From Guillardia theta CCMP2712 (taxonomy: Eukaryota; Protista; Cryptophyta): a stretch of 64,000 nucleotides of DNA. Shown here in pieces: positions 25,466 through 44,199 of the stretch. Positions within the stretch are counted from its first letter, which is position 1. Each line of letters starts with the position of its first letter. The translations under genes and the position numbers were made by a program. The stretch spans positions 132,465 through 196,464 of the forward strand of contig NW_005434567.1 in the NCBI RefSeq assembly GCF_000315625.1, given 5' to 3'. Below the pieces are notes generated by a model that worked only from the letters and a program-made list of their open reading frames with translations, searched no databases and was not told where the DNA came from.

Positions 25466-26649
25466 CAGAGGGAGTGCGCGGGTATGCTAGAGCGGGATGT
25501 ATAAGTAGAATGCTGTTTTTGAGAAGACAGCGGTGTACAGAGAGGGTAGTGATCAGGTAGGATGTACCATACAGGCTATTAACGTGATGTTTTTATACAA
25601 TAAAGAATGCTACTGTAATTGTTTGTTTTTGCGATCAATGGAAAGTGCGTTCTAGTGGAATTCCCACAAACATTTCAAAGTCGACTATCTACATGACACT
25701 TACTGGGTGTGCTCCTCGAAGCGGCGAGAAACAGCAATGGATAAGGGCATTGAAAAGCCGTGCAAGAGAAAAGAGACCAAAGAAGTGGGGGCGAGTTATT
25801 CGAGGCCAAAAGGCATTTGTTTGCAACTTCGTTACTACCATGATGGTCGTAGACAGAAGCCCCCCGCTTCTAGTCATCAATGGAGAAGAACAGATAACAT
25901 TCCAACAGTTGTTGTTCAGAGACAGCATGATACTTGACAGCTTGTTTGGAATAGCATCATTTCTCTTGTTTTGTCCTGCAATAGAATCACATTTCTCTTA
26001 TTTGTCCTGCAATATAAGCATTATACTGGCACGCATGACGCCAAATAGCATATCAATGAATTTGCTGAAAGGCTAAAAAACAAGAAATGCACGAAAGACA
26101 ACGGCTACAATAGAAAGTTGGGCACTGTTAATAGTTGGAACAGGTTAAAACAAGAAAGAATCTCCAACACAATTTGTCAGTGTCAGACAAGGCAACAATT
26201 TCACGAAGTCTCTGGAACAACTATCTTCGATCCGATCATCTGACAGTGCGCTGATCTCAAACTCGACTAGCAATGGCTCCAAGACATGTCCGATCACAAA
26301 CACGTACAAAAGCTCTGGAATCTCGAGCGCTCTTCAAAAAAGCTTGTTGATACGAAATCTGTTCGCCAAAGGCTGTCAACCGCGAAATCTGTTGCTGACC
26401 AGCAATAAAACCTCCATCGATGTTAAAGAAACACCATAGAGTCGGTTGAGGTGCAAGAAACGTTTCTTCGTTCAAGACAGGGCGCAAGCAGGGGTAAATA
26501 ACATGTTGCATGGGCAAGAACAAAGAGCAAGCAGCAGAAAGTAGTTTTGCAAGATTTCATTAAATTACTAGTCTACAAACGAGTAAAGAAAGGTAGAAAG
26601 ATCAGGCGGGATCAGAGAGTTGGTCATTCGCATGATTGCAGGTCTAGAA

Positions 26650-27075
26650 TTACACGCTGTGCTGGCGGGGCAAAAGGGCCATCAAAAGCATCACTGAGAA
26701 CATTAAGATGTTGACAAAAAGCAGCATAAGCAGGACAGGATTGACCGTATCCTCCCATTTCGGCTTCGGCTTCATAGAGCAGATGCTGTCCTCTGACTTG
26801 CACTTCCTGAGAGTCTCGTGGAGCCCTCTGAGATTCTCAGTCTCTTCTTCAGTGTAAAGCAAAGGGATCTGAAGGTCGATCTTTTGAACCCCCATGAGCG
26901 CATGCTCAGCAAGCACGTGGATGTTCTTGTACTCTCTCATTGTCTTCGACAAGTACTGATCGTCCGCATTTTTCATGGCGTCGGCATGTCTTGGCGACTG
27001 TGTCGCATTGTTCATCGCCTCCGACATCGCGTGCGTGTTGGTCGTCACGCTGGCCAGTCTCCTTGAACGTCCCAT
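26650..27075 (-). CDS. Diverged paralog of the 90-aa family (start uncertain)
   Basis: IHVLAEHALMGVQKIDLQIPLLYTEEE aligns without gaps to IHFLALHPLLGYQPVDLHIPVSYSPEEE. C-terminal TM segment VLLMLLFVNILMFSVMLLMALL. Confidence 0.6.
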   Translation of the reverse strand: MGRSRRLASVTTNTHAMSEAMNNATQSPRHADAMKNADDQYLSKTMREYKNIHVLAEHALMGVQKIDLQIPLLYTEEETENLRGLHETLRKCKSEDSICSMKPKPKWEDTVNPVLLMLLFVNILMFSVMLLMALLPRQHSV

Positions 27076-28892
27076 CGTGACCAGCGACCCTGTTACTTTA
27101 CTTCCAGAATATTCTAGATACATGTAATGTTGTTCACGTGACCCACTGAAAACGCGCAATTTGTCCAAGAGAGTCTTTTTCAGGGTGATGAGGGTATATT
27201 GCTTTACTCCACGCTAGGAGTTGTTTTGAAATTAAGCATTGAAAATAAAAGTCCAGTACTTTTGAAACTTCGCCCGCCGTGACGCCCAGGAAGTTAAGCC
27301 CGGCCCTCAGCAAGCTCCGGGCCCAGTGACTCAGTCACATCGGAGGCTTGGCGGGACTCGCGGCGGCGTACTACCGTACTGCCGTCGACGAACTTCCGAG
27401 GACTCCCGGAGACCTTCCTCAGTAGCCGTCTTGCTGAGGTCTTCTCAATCGCCCGGATGTCTGGATCGGATGCTGGGGTTTCACATACTAGCATGCAGTC
27501 TATCTCTCATGTGCTCCTCAATTCTGGTTTTGTCACAAAACCAGACTCAGAATTGCACGGTGCATTAAACTCGAGTCGGTCTTGAGCAAAAACTGTCTTG
27601 TTGCAACTAAGGTCGATGTGATATCTGCGTGACTAAGTTGAAGGCTAGTACAAGTCTAACAAACTTGTATTCCGTCACCTTCAACGGTTGAACGGAGTTC
27701 CGGCGAACTTACTAACACCGCCCGGCCCCGGGCCCGGCCCGGCCGCCGGACAGCTCAGCTGGCAGCTTGGACTCCTGAGTCCCGGAGTCCGGCCGGGCGA
27801 TCGAGTGCTGAGCGGAGCTTATTACGTTGCAAGGCCGTTACAATATCGTTGGAACTATTTGATGGGTGGATGGGTGGGTGGGTGGTTGGCTCTTCACTGT
27901 AGAATTTGTTTTTGCCTCAGAATTGAAATGTTCTCTACATCCTGTATACCAATTCCAGATCCCCAAACTTTCTTCTATAGGGTAGGGTGATGCAGAGTTG
28001 AGAGAGGCAGCCGAGATGGCTTGCCATGTGCGGAGGAAGAGGGGGGTTGAGGGGGGGGGAGGGAGGTGGAAGGGAGGATGAGCAAGAAAGGTCCGAAATG
28101 CGAAGATAAAACAATAACATCCCAACAAGAACAGCGCGAGAGAAACTGGATGGTGTAGAAAGTGTTATGATGTGTTTGAGCCTTTGTGAGATGGAGGGTC
28201 GCTATGGGCTCGCAACAACACCGAAGGAACGAGTGGGCGATACGTGTAACGATGGTACAAATTATTTTCTAGATGAGGGTGCGGACGACAACATGCTTGT
28301 TTGGAAGAGCTATCTTTGCTCTTCCTCTTGCATTTTGTGTCCCATGGAAAATATCACGTTGGTAATTCTTGACGAGCAGAATGCCTGTCGTCCATGTAGT
28401 GTTCTGACAAACCTGTTACTATGCTCGATTGCTTCATCAAATTCGTTTATCTTTTGTGTATATCGTTATGATATCTGAATCCTTGGCATAATTGTACCAT
28501 GTCCATGCAGTGTTCAGCATGGCGCATTTCATTTTGTGGACTACAAAAAGCCGATCAGTTCGTGCCTTGGAGAGATATTGACAACACAGGGTGTATATCA
28601 ATTTTCAAAATTGACCGAGAACAAACCCATAGATTTTGATTCTCAAACTCACAACGCTATTTGCCTCTGAAAACCTGATGCCGTTTTTCATCTTGTGATT
28701 TTTTTTTTTGGCAAACACCCTCTTTAGCATGTTTTTTTTCTTTCAAGTATGATATGATGGAATCGACGCACGGTTATGTATTGTCTCTGAAGCGTTCGTG
28801 TCAGGGATGTCCTACACGGTTGCTCACAAAGCAAGAGTTTGTAGGCTTTATCGCCGAGCAATCAAAACTCTTATGGACTGGGTTGTCGACAG

Positions 28893-29291
28893 GTGAAAGA
28901 TGATCTTTTACCGGATGAAAGACCTGATTTGACTATCTTGTGCAGAGAAGTTCTGTCTGAGCAAGCCATTCAGGTGAGAAACCAGATTGAGAGGCACAGG
29001 CACGAACCCAACATTGCGTATGCGGAGGACCTTTTGAAGGTCACTCTCTCAGCTATCGCAGATCTCACCCCTAACTATGCAAACAGGCTGGTGAGGCTCG
29101 GCTTAAGAAGTACGCCCATCCAGATCCTTATATTGTAAGGCTTCGATCGCCTTGTCAGGAACGGTCACAAGAAAGTTGTCCTGATTTTTAATGTTCAGCT
29201 CCCCGAGATGCCAGGAGGAACCAAGTGGCAGAGAAACCTTCCTGTACCACATGAGGTAGCAGATGGGCTGTTGGCCCAGATATCAACATGA
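28893..29291 (+). CDS. Possible hypothetical protein fragment
   Basis: Protein-like ORF (KDDLLPDERPDL...PIQILI) ending at a GTAAG donor, with a plausible downstream exon. No recognisable domain. Confidence 0.3.
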
Positions 29292-29298
29292 CACCGTT

Positions 29299-29995
29299 TC
29301 ACAGATTTGGGATCAACCCTATGTCAAGCATTAGATTTGAATCACACATGAGCTTGCGTGCTAGAAGGACTCGGCGAAACGAATTAGAAGCGAACGCTAC
29401 AGGCTCACTTTGCCGTGCAATCTCAAACATCATATCTCTCATGCATTTTGGGCATGTGAAATAAAAAGCTGAACCTACATGCCATGGTATCAGGAGTCTG
29501 GCTCGCTTGCAAGGCGCTGAGGGAGCTTTATTAGAGAGATATAGGGGGGAGTTCTGTCGATATGTCGCCTTCCACACACATGTAACTGATGCCATTCTTG
29601 TTGTCCGCGTCTTTCGGTTCCACTTCCAACCCTTTCACGCATACAGGGATCGGGTGAAGGTTTGGGGTGACTTTGTTGGATCTAGCATTCTGGTCGACCG
29701 TTTCTGTTTCTGGTGAGTGGGGATTTGAGTCAGTATCACTAGCTTCACTCTTTTGCGTCAATGGATTCCTCTCCGCGATTTGTTTGGAAATAGCCCGTTC
29801 AGTTTCAAACCTGTTGTGACGTCTTCTCAGTACATTGTAAACCTCGCTGCGGAGTTCGTTGAAGAGTAACGAGGTTTTTCTGAGCGCAGCTACATTTGGA
29901 AGCTGCAGATCGTCTTCCTGTCTGAGAGCAATGCCCGGTTTCCATTCTGATAAATGATTCCCTGTTCTCCGTTTCTTGAAATTCGGCTGAGTCAT
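29299..29995 (-). CDS. Hypothetical protein (NLS-like KKRR near the N-terminus, CxxC near the C-terminus), probably spliced
   Basis: 154-aa ATG ORF plus an overlapping downstream frame (FYFTCPKC). Confidence 0.4.
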
Positions 29996-30429
29996 GTCGT
30001 CTCAAAATAGGAAATCCTATCCAAGAAACAGCGAGACTGGTTGACGTGGATATAAGTAGGCGAGTTGTTTGCAGACGGCAGATATAAGCTTATTATGCTT
30101 CAGCTTTGAGAGTGCACAGGCAGCGAAATTCCAAAATAAGGTTGATAAATGCAAACTATGAACCGCAACAACAGATTACAATTATTTGGAGGCAGAAAAG
30201 TGAAGCGGAACGGGAGTATTCAAGAGGAGGAGTAGGAGGAGGAGAGGGCTCAGAAGGAAGAGTAAGTGAAGAGGAAGGGAGGAGGAAGGGAGGAGGAGGT
30301 GGTGGTTGAGGAACACAGGTGTCTGGGAGTGCTTGCTATTAGCAACTGTGTGGCGCGCGTGTGGGTTCTGTCGGGGGGACTCTTTTACAAGATCAGCATG
30401 TGTTCTGTTGACCAGGGGTTAATTTCCAG

Positions 30430-31700
30430 TAAAGCACTAGGGTAGGGTGGTCTCTATTGTAAGCCAAAAGGGGTAAGGGGTAGTGCTTGACCACTGGACG
30501 GGCACTACTACCCCTACCATAATGAAACAGGTTTCACGTGAAGGTGGGGTACTTTCGGACGGGATGTGAGCCTTTTTGAGGGTAGGGGTCCCAGTTGGAC
30601 GGTTGAGGGGTTGTGGGGGGCATTCATGCTGATTTGGTCAAACATGTTAACGGGTCAGGCATACTGTTTGGGACAATGGTGGGTAGGGGTACTTTAAAGT
30701 TTATAAAGGGGTGGGGTGGGAGGGAACAGGTAAGCAGATTGTAGCTACGAGCGGGTGGTCTTCAAGGTACATAAAGGGGTAAGGTGTTTCTAGAAGGAAA
30801 TTAGGGGTGGTACCAAATAACGAGTGTGGGTACGGTGGGGTGGTAGACCTCCTTTGGGTATCCCGCCGCTCGCTAAATGGTTTTTAAAACAAGTTTTAGG
30901 CCATTCATAAAGGAAAGAGTTCCTGGGGGTGGGGTGGTATTTCAGATATGTCACGGGGGTACTTGCCATCGGGCAGGAAGTCTACAATTTGTGGGGTCAA
31001 AAAACTGGAAAAGGGGGGTACGTGAGTTGAGTGAGGAATCATTTGTGGGTACATGTACTGTATTGTCCTGTTGGGGTGGGTAGTATGGGTAGTGCAGTCC
31101 GTATTTGTTAACCCGTAGGATATCAGGATACTCTACCCTACCTCCGCTATGCGACTCTTCGTACCCTACCCCTAATTCTACATGTACCCACCTTGAATGA
31201 AAAACTATGGGAGCCCCCACCAGGTATAACAATATATCACTACCCTACCTGTCCAGACTTCATAGAATTGAACAAATGTTTGCACCCTACCATAAAAACA
31301 ATATACCCCTAACCAATCCTCATTTTCCTCCCACCCACCCCAGCAAATCAGCCGACCTTATAAAAGCGCATGTCACCTTTATTTTAAAATGTATCCCCAC
31401 CACCTTAGCTCCATCCCATTGCTCGGAGGTTTCCCACCCGTATCCCACCCACCCACCCACCATCACCTACAACCCCCTAGACTGCGACTACCCACCAGGG
31501 AGCGATAAGGAACTTGTCGGAGGAGAATACCGTATGCCATCATGACCTACCCGGGGCTTCAGTTGCATTTCAAGTAAAGTAGATGTAGAGGGGGGTGGGA
31601 GGGGGGGTGGGAGGTACCTTTTGCTTTCAATTGTTTACTACGTAATATCTTTGAAAAGAAGAATCTATGAAATGGAGTGGTTTCGAGTACAGGGGACAGG
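30430..31700. other. GGGTA/TACCC-rich intergenic tract
   Basis: Dense GGGTA/GGGGT words up to ~31090, then TACCC/ACCCC words. Confidence 0.6.
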
Positions 31701-31759
31701 TAAAAATGGTTTTTGATAGACACATAAAAGGTTGCTGAGTCCCTTCGGATCAAGGAACA

Positions 31760-32800
31760 GACCCCCCGGCAGGCCCCGGGGGTGGCCCTCCGGACATCGG
31801 GAAGGGAACGTCAGCCTTTTCAGAAGATTATCCCAAGCATTCTCGTTTCATGGAGGGAGAGAAAACGAAATTGCATGAGTTCGGCACTCCCAAGCCCAGC
31901 GGCCCTCGTACAGGTTTTTAGTACCGGTCCGATTACGGCAGTGACAGTGGGGCGGATGGCACTGTGGCACTGAGTTGGCGTGGTCGGCCGGGCGCCGCCC
32001 GCGCGGCCGGCGGTCAACCGCCGGTAGCCTGACACGGGGGGCCGGCCGCCGGGCTGGGCCGGGGGGGGCCGCCGGGACCGCCCGGCGGCCGGCGGCGGCC
32101 ACTGGCTCCGGGCCGCGCCGCCGCGAGCGGCCTGGCAGTCACGACGGTGGGCCAGGCTGCCAGGGCCCGGCCCCCGGGGGCGCGGGCGCCCGGCCGGGCG
32201 AGGGCCTCGGACCGGGACTCCACCGCCTTGACTCAGGCGGCGGCCGGCACTGGCAGGCTCAGTGCCGGGGGCGGGCCCGGATGGGTCACACCGGCCCGGC
32301 CCCGGGCCGGGCCCGCGGCGCCGTGCTTCACTGCGGCCCCCGGGGCCGCTAAACTTGGAACTAGCCGCGAGGCCAGCACTGAGCGGCCGCAGCCTCACTG
32401 AGTCAGGCCGGAGGCCTCCGACCAGCCTCAGCTTGCTGCACTGAGCGGCTGGCCGCCGGGGCCGGGCCCGGGGCGACCGGCGTACCTGGCACCGGCCGGG
32501 CGGCCCGGGCGGACTCGGACCGAGTCGGTAAGCCTTGAAGGCTGAGTGAAGTTCAGCATTGAAGGGCCTTGTGCCTTTACTCAAAGTTAAGTTAAAGATC
32601 AGTACGAGGACAATCAGGAGAGACTAGGAGGCTTGACCCTGACACTGTCGCACAGGGCCAAACGGCGAGAAGAGAAAAGACAGCGAGAACCAAACCCAAT
32701 CCTGCCAACTGCTGTGACTCCGCCGGTGACCGGGCCCCCACCGTCACCACTGGGCCGCCCGGCCGGCCGCGCCCGCCGGCGGGCCACTGCAGTGCCGTGC
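31760..32800. other. GC-rich, palindrome-dense intergenic island between divergent genes
   Basis: Same composition as the other islands. Contains the least-interrupted copy of the shared motif at 32576-32650. Confidence 0.7.
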
Positions 32801-33619
32801 TGACGTCTTTTATGGGGGGCGCAAGGTCTATAGTCAAGATAATGTCACTAATATTGACTACGAACGTGAAGACCTTCGAGGTATAAAGGCAGTGGCGAGT
32901 AGACAGGGGGTTCAAAATAAAATGATTGGGGGTACAGAAAGCTTATGGGTCCCTATCATAGGGACATGTACTGAAATACTTGAATTGCAATTGAAATTAT
33001 TTCAGTCTTTATCTTCTCATTTCTTAATGACTCAAATTTCTGGGGTGGGTACATTCCCAACCCTCCAAGGGTGGTGATATAGTCAAAGTTAGGATCTTCC
33101 ATGGGGGTGGGGTGGGATGCAATGGGGTCATCCATATACCGGTGATATCAACTCCAAATTGAAGGAAAAGGGTAGGGTAGTATTGCATTGAAAACAGTAT
33201 CGGAAGGTAGTATCGAAGCCGCCATGGCGTCGGAAAGATGCAGGTAAGGGAGAGCGAGGAGAGCGATAATTCATGCAAGCAAATGGATGAAGATGAAGTG
33301 AGAAAGACAGAAAGGAAAGGTTGTTAGATGATTAGGAAAGAAAACAATGCCCGATAAGGAGCAAATGGTAGGTTATTGGAAATTGGGCAAAGAAGTGAAA
33401 CAATTAGAAACGCAAGATTCAGAGGTATGGACCAATGGATCACAAAGGAATCCTGCCCGCAAACTCAGTCATCATTTAGTTACGCTGATCTCGAGTAGAT
33501 ATGCATGCTCTGATCAGAGATGTGCATGCTCTGAAAAACATCTCAATCCAGAGAGTCTCACTCATGTCATAAGACCAAACAAGCAATGTTCCAGTTATGG
33601 ACGCGCTTGAAAGTAGCAA

Positions 33620-33718
33620 CTGCAAGCGAGTAGCTCCTGCTTGTCTGAGATGCTGCAAGCAAGTAGCTCCTGCTTGTCTGAGATGCTGCAAGCAAGTAGC
33701 TCCTGCTTGTCTGAGATG
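33620..33718. repeat. 33-bp tandem repeat x3 (CTGCAAGCAAGTAGCTCCTGCTTGTCTGAGATG)
   Basis: Three near-perfect copies upstream of the starch synthase. Confidence 0.85.
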
Positions 33719-33974
33719 TCTCGATAAACCTCTTTGGCACAACGGTTCTCAAAGAACGAGAATGCATGCGAAAAGCAAGAATACAATATAGCTGAACGGT
33801 GCCTGGTTTGGGATTTGGGGTTTATGGATCATCGTTCTCATGTTCAATCACTCGTTTCGTAGCTGCTTAGCAGTGTACCTTAGTGTAGGTAGGATAGTGA
33901 ACACAGGCTTGTAGCATGCCAAGGATGCATCTTGAACTGTATCTGTTTTGTTGAAGCTCTTTTCCTGCAGCGCA

Positions 33975-34948
33975 ATGAAGCTGCTGCTTGTGGCGCTGGC
34001 AGTCATCGGCAGCTGCAGCGGGTTGCACACTTCGGTACTAGCTTACCGCAGCTCACTGTTGGCTCACGATCGCATGCAGCAGGGAGGAGGATGGGGGAGG
34101 ATGAGAAGGTTGAGCCTGCGGGGAGGAAACGACGGCAACACGGGAGTAAAGAAGAACTTTAGCAACGAGCGGCTCGACGACGCCAAGTCGCGGCTCAAGA
34201 AGATTCTGGGAGCGAACTCCCAGCTGGAGAGGCAGGTGGCGGACTTGGCAGCGAGCTACGACAAGCTCGCCAAGAGCTACGGGCTGGGCAGTTTCAAGCC
34301 CACGCGCACGGCGTCCTACTCATGCCTGAACGACGTGACGCTGACGGAGGCTGCGGACAAGGCTCCCGAGCCGGAAGAATCGAAGACTCCTCCTGTTGAG
34401 AGCATCCAGAAGAAGATCGAGGCAGCGCTTGCCAAGGACAGCAAGCCTGTAGAGCCGACAGAGCAAGTGCTCCCTCCTGAGGAGAGACTCAAGATTGTGA
34501 TCGTCTCCTCTGAAGTCGCTCCCTTCTCCAAGTCTGGAGGACTTGCTGACGTTTGCGATAAGCTTGGAGTGAGTTCCTGTTCCTCCTCCCACATGTCAGC
34601 TCTTCCATCAGCACTTTCATCCCTTCGACCGAAACCTATCATCATCATCATCATGATCATCATCCTCTTCTTCTTCTTCTTGATCATCATCATCATCATC
34701 ATCATCTCCATCATCATCATCATCATCATTGTCGTCGTCGTCGTCGTCTCCCTCTCATCTTCGCCTTACTGCTCCAACGCTCCTGCTGGAAGTGAAGACT
34801 CACCCTATATCCATTGACTTGCGGTTACAAGGTTGCGCTGTCTCGCATGGGTCATCGCGTGATGACCGTCGCTCCTCTTTACTGGCGTTATGAAGGAGCC
34901 CAGTACACCGGGTGAGACGAAGCGAGGAGGAGGAGGAGGCGGAACAGG

Positions 34949-35008
<60 letters not shown>

Positions 35009-37491
35009 AGACACAAGGACTTGGAGGGGGGGAGCAAGAGAATGCGGAGGAAAGAAGGGGGGGGAGGGAGGAATGGGAGTAGGAAAGGATAAGCTTGGCA
35101 ACGTAGTGATGACTCTTGGCAGTGTCTGGAAGGAGTTTGGCCTGTTCAAGCAGAAGCTCAGGATCGAATATTTTCGCAAGTTCAGGGAGACTGTTCCGGC
35201 AACTGAGACGCAGCCAGCACGCGTAAGTCACGTCACCCTGCCCCACATCGTCTTCCCCATTCCCTCCTTGGTTGTTCAAAAGCCTCTTCTCCCCTCTTGC
35301 ACTTTAGTATCAACCTTTCTTTTCCAATCTCCTCCCCTCCCCTCCTCTCTCCTCCCCTCCCCTCTGTTCTCTTCCTTCCCCTCCTCCCCTCCCCTTTGTC
35401 CTCTCCCCTCCCCTCCCATCCCCGTCTCTACCCTTCTCGTCTCGTCTCTCCTCTCCTGCCTTCCGTCCACCTTGCTCCTTCTATCTCCTCCTCTCCTCTC
35501 CTCTCCTCTCCTCTCCTCTCCTCTCCTCTCCGCTTTACTCCTGTCTTCTTCACCTCTCTTGTCTTCTTGGCATCTAGTCCCCTCGGCTCTCCTTTCTCTT
35601 GAATCATGGGAAGCAAAACAGGGAAGGTCTGACCTAGCTGCAGGGTGTGGACCATATCTTCGTACAGCAAGGCTGCTACGAGGTCAGTAGAACTCTGGAC
35701 GATCGAGGAGGGCAGAGAAGCGCAGAATAGAAGGGGGAGAAAAGGGAGGAGAATGGGGAGGACAGGAATGAGGAGGATGATGAGGAAGAAGGGGGAGGGG
35801 GGAGCAGAAGGATTGAGAAGGGAGGAAAGTGCGAGGAGAGAGAAGGATTGAAGGAGGAGGAGTTGACGGGGAGAGGGGAGGAGGAGAGGAGAGGGGTTGA
35901 CGCTGGAGCGCAGAGGCACGGCATGTATGGGCACAACGACGATCTGATGAGGTTCGCGCTCTTGTCATGGGCGGCGCTAGAGGCCCCGTTCTCCGTGGAG
36001 TGCGACGGGTCGGTGTACGGAGATGACGTCATCTTCCTGGTCAACGACTGGATGGTGGGACTTGTCCCCTTGATCATGACATCGCACTACCGGAGGTACG
36101 GCTGCTACAAGCAAGCTCGCACAGTCTTCGATATCCACAACATGGGCTACTGCGGAAACTTCCCAGTCGTCGATCCGCACGACCTGGGACTGCCCGACGG
36201 CGCCTACTACGACAAGCTGTTCCACGACCGGCAGATCAAGCTGCTCAAGGGAGGGATCGAGATGGCGGACAGGGTCGTGACGGTGTCGCCGAGCTACAGG
36301 GACGAGATCATCACTGTGGAGGGAGGATGGGGACTGCAGGACACGTGCAGAGGACGCTTCCCGCACCTTGACGGAGTTCTCAATGGCATCGACTGTGACG
36401 AGTGGAACCCTGAGACCGATCGCTTCCTCTCTGCCAAGTGCCAGGGGTACGACAACTTCTTCAACAAGGACGACACGACGGGCAAGCGATCCTGCAAGCT
36501 CCACCTGCAGAACTGCATGGGGCTGAGGGAGGACCCCAACATCCCCATCGTCGCCTTCATCGGGCGCCTTGCGTACCAGAAGGGTATCGATGTGATCGAG
36601 TCGATCTTCCCCTGGCTCATGAACGGCGACCATGCCGGAGTCACGGGGTACGTGCAGGTGGTCATGATGGGGACGGGAGACGAGAAGTACGCAAGGTTTC
36701 TGAGAGACGCGGAGAACCACAACAAGGGGAGGGTGGCTGGTTTCGTAGGCTTCACCTCCGAGCTCGAGCACAAGATCATAGCAGCAGCAGATATCATTCT
36801 CATGCCCTCCAGGTACGAGCCCTGCGGCCTCCCGCAGATGTATGCGCAGAGGTACGGGACTGTGCCGGTAGTGCATGCCACGGGAGGGTTGAAAGATTCT
36901 GTGATACAGTACGACCCCTTCCAGGTAAAGGAAATTCCTCCCTCCCTCCCTCCCTCCCTCCCTCCCTCCCTCCCTCCCTCCTCCCTCCTCCCTCCTCTCT
37001 CCTCCCTCCTCTCTCCCTCCCTCTCCTCCCTCCCTCCTTGTCGCCTCCTCCACATCTCTCTCCATTCTCTCTTCTTTTCGTTACATTCTCCCCCTCGATT
37101 CTCCCCCTCCTCCCTCCTCCCTCCTCCCTCCTCCCTCCTCCCTCCTCCCTCCTCTCTCCTCCCTCCTCTCTCCCTCCCTCACTACTCCCTACTCCGTACT
37201 TCTTCCTCCCTTCCTCCCTTACTTCTTCCTCCTCCCTCCTCTCGCCCTCGTCTCACTCCCTCGCAGAACACAGGAACAGGATGGAAGTTCGACTGCTGTG
37301 ACGCCGAGGGCCTCAAGTACGGCCTTTGGAACGCGCTCAACACGTACAAGAACCACAAGGACGCATGGGCCGGGATCGTGCGGAGGTGCATGGAGCAAGA
37401 CTTCTCGTGGGAGCGATCGGCAAAGAGATACGTTGAGATCTTCAAGTGGGCGAGGATGGACCCTCCGTTCCATCAGCCCATCCCCTTCTGA
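33975..37491 (+). CDS. Starch synthase (GT5 family, GBSS/SS-like) with bipartite targeting presequence, ~6 exons
   Basis: Signal peptide MKLLLVALAVIGSCSG followed by ...RRLSLRGG. Motifs IVIVSSEVAPFSKSGGLADV, GHRVMTVAP, NDWMVGLVP, IHNMGYCG, GVLNGID, FIGRLAYQKGID, MPSRYEPCGLPQMYAQRYGTVPVVHATGGLKDSV and DFSWERSAKRY. Confidence 0.92.
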
Positions 37492-38095
37492 GGTGGAGAG
37501 GAGGAGGGAGAAGGGGGAGGGGAGGGGAGGAGGAGAGGGGAGAAGGGGGAGAGGAAGGGAGGAGAGGAGGAGGTGGTGGAAGGTGGTGGAGTAGATACGG
37601 GTGTTCTTATTGTTTTACAAGCACGGATATATAAATAGTTTGTTGTGTGAGTGAGGAAAGTATTGGGGGAGAGGAGCGAGGGAACGAGCAAGACAGGAGG
37701 GAGGAGGGAGAGGAGAATCAAGAGGGATGGAGAGGGCAGAGGAGGGACAACACAGGATACTGAGGAAGGAAGAGAGAGGGAAAGGAGGGAATGGGTAGTA
37801 GATCACAAGGAGAAAGTTGGGATGTCGTCGGTAGACATCAAGATTTCTACTAGATTTATTGTTCTTTCGAAATCAACTTGTAAAGAGACAGCACGTCCGA
37901 AAGTATGAAAAGGCAGAGGAGAAGAGGAGGAACAGCGGGACGGGGGAATGTGGAGGAAAGAAAGGGGGGTGATTGCTCCAAGGGAGGAGGACGAGGAGGA
38001 GGAGGAGGAGGATGAACATGCAGGAAATCATCATGGCCTCCACTTTCTTCTTCCCCTCTGCCATGTCAATCTCAGCAACAACGTCGGCAAAGAGC

Positions 38096-44003
<5,908 letters not shown>

Positions 44004-44199
44004 AGCATCCTATTCCAAAGATCGCCACGAAACCCTATGGTATATTGTCAACTCTTCACTCCTCTTCCTCCCCTCCTCCTCCCCCTCCTTCCTCCTTGCC
44101 TACACGTGGTTAGATTCTCAACTCGTCCTCTTCCTCCCTTCTCTCTCCCCTTCCCCTCCCCTTCCCCTCCCCTCTCCTGCCTTCGTTACTGCCATCCTT

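Noticed and set aside
30430-31700. Interstitial telomeric repeats
   Set aside because: GGGTA words are dispersed and are not tandem copies of a fixed unit.
33620-33718. CRISPR-like array in the 33-bp repeats (also 8318-8432, 43171-43290)
   Set aside because: Units are directly adjacent with no unique spacers, there are no cas genes, and the context is eukaryotic.
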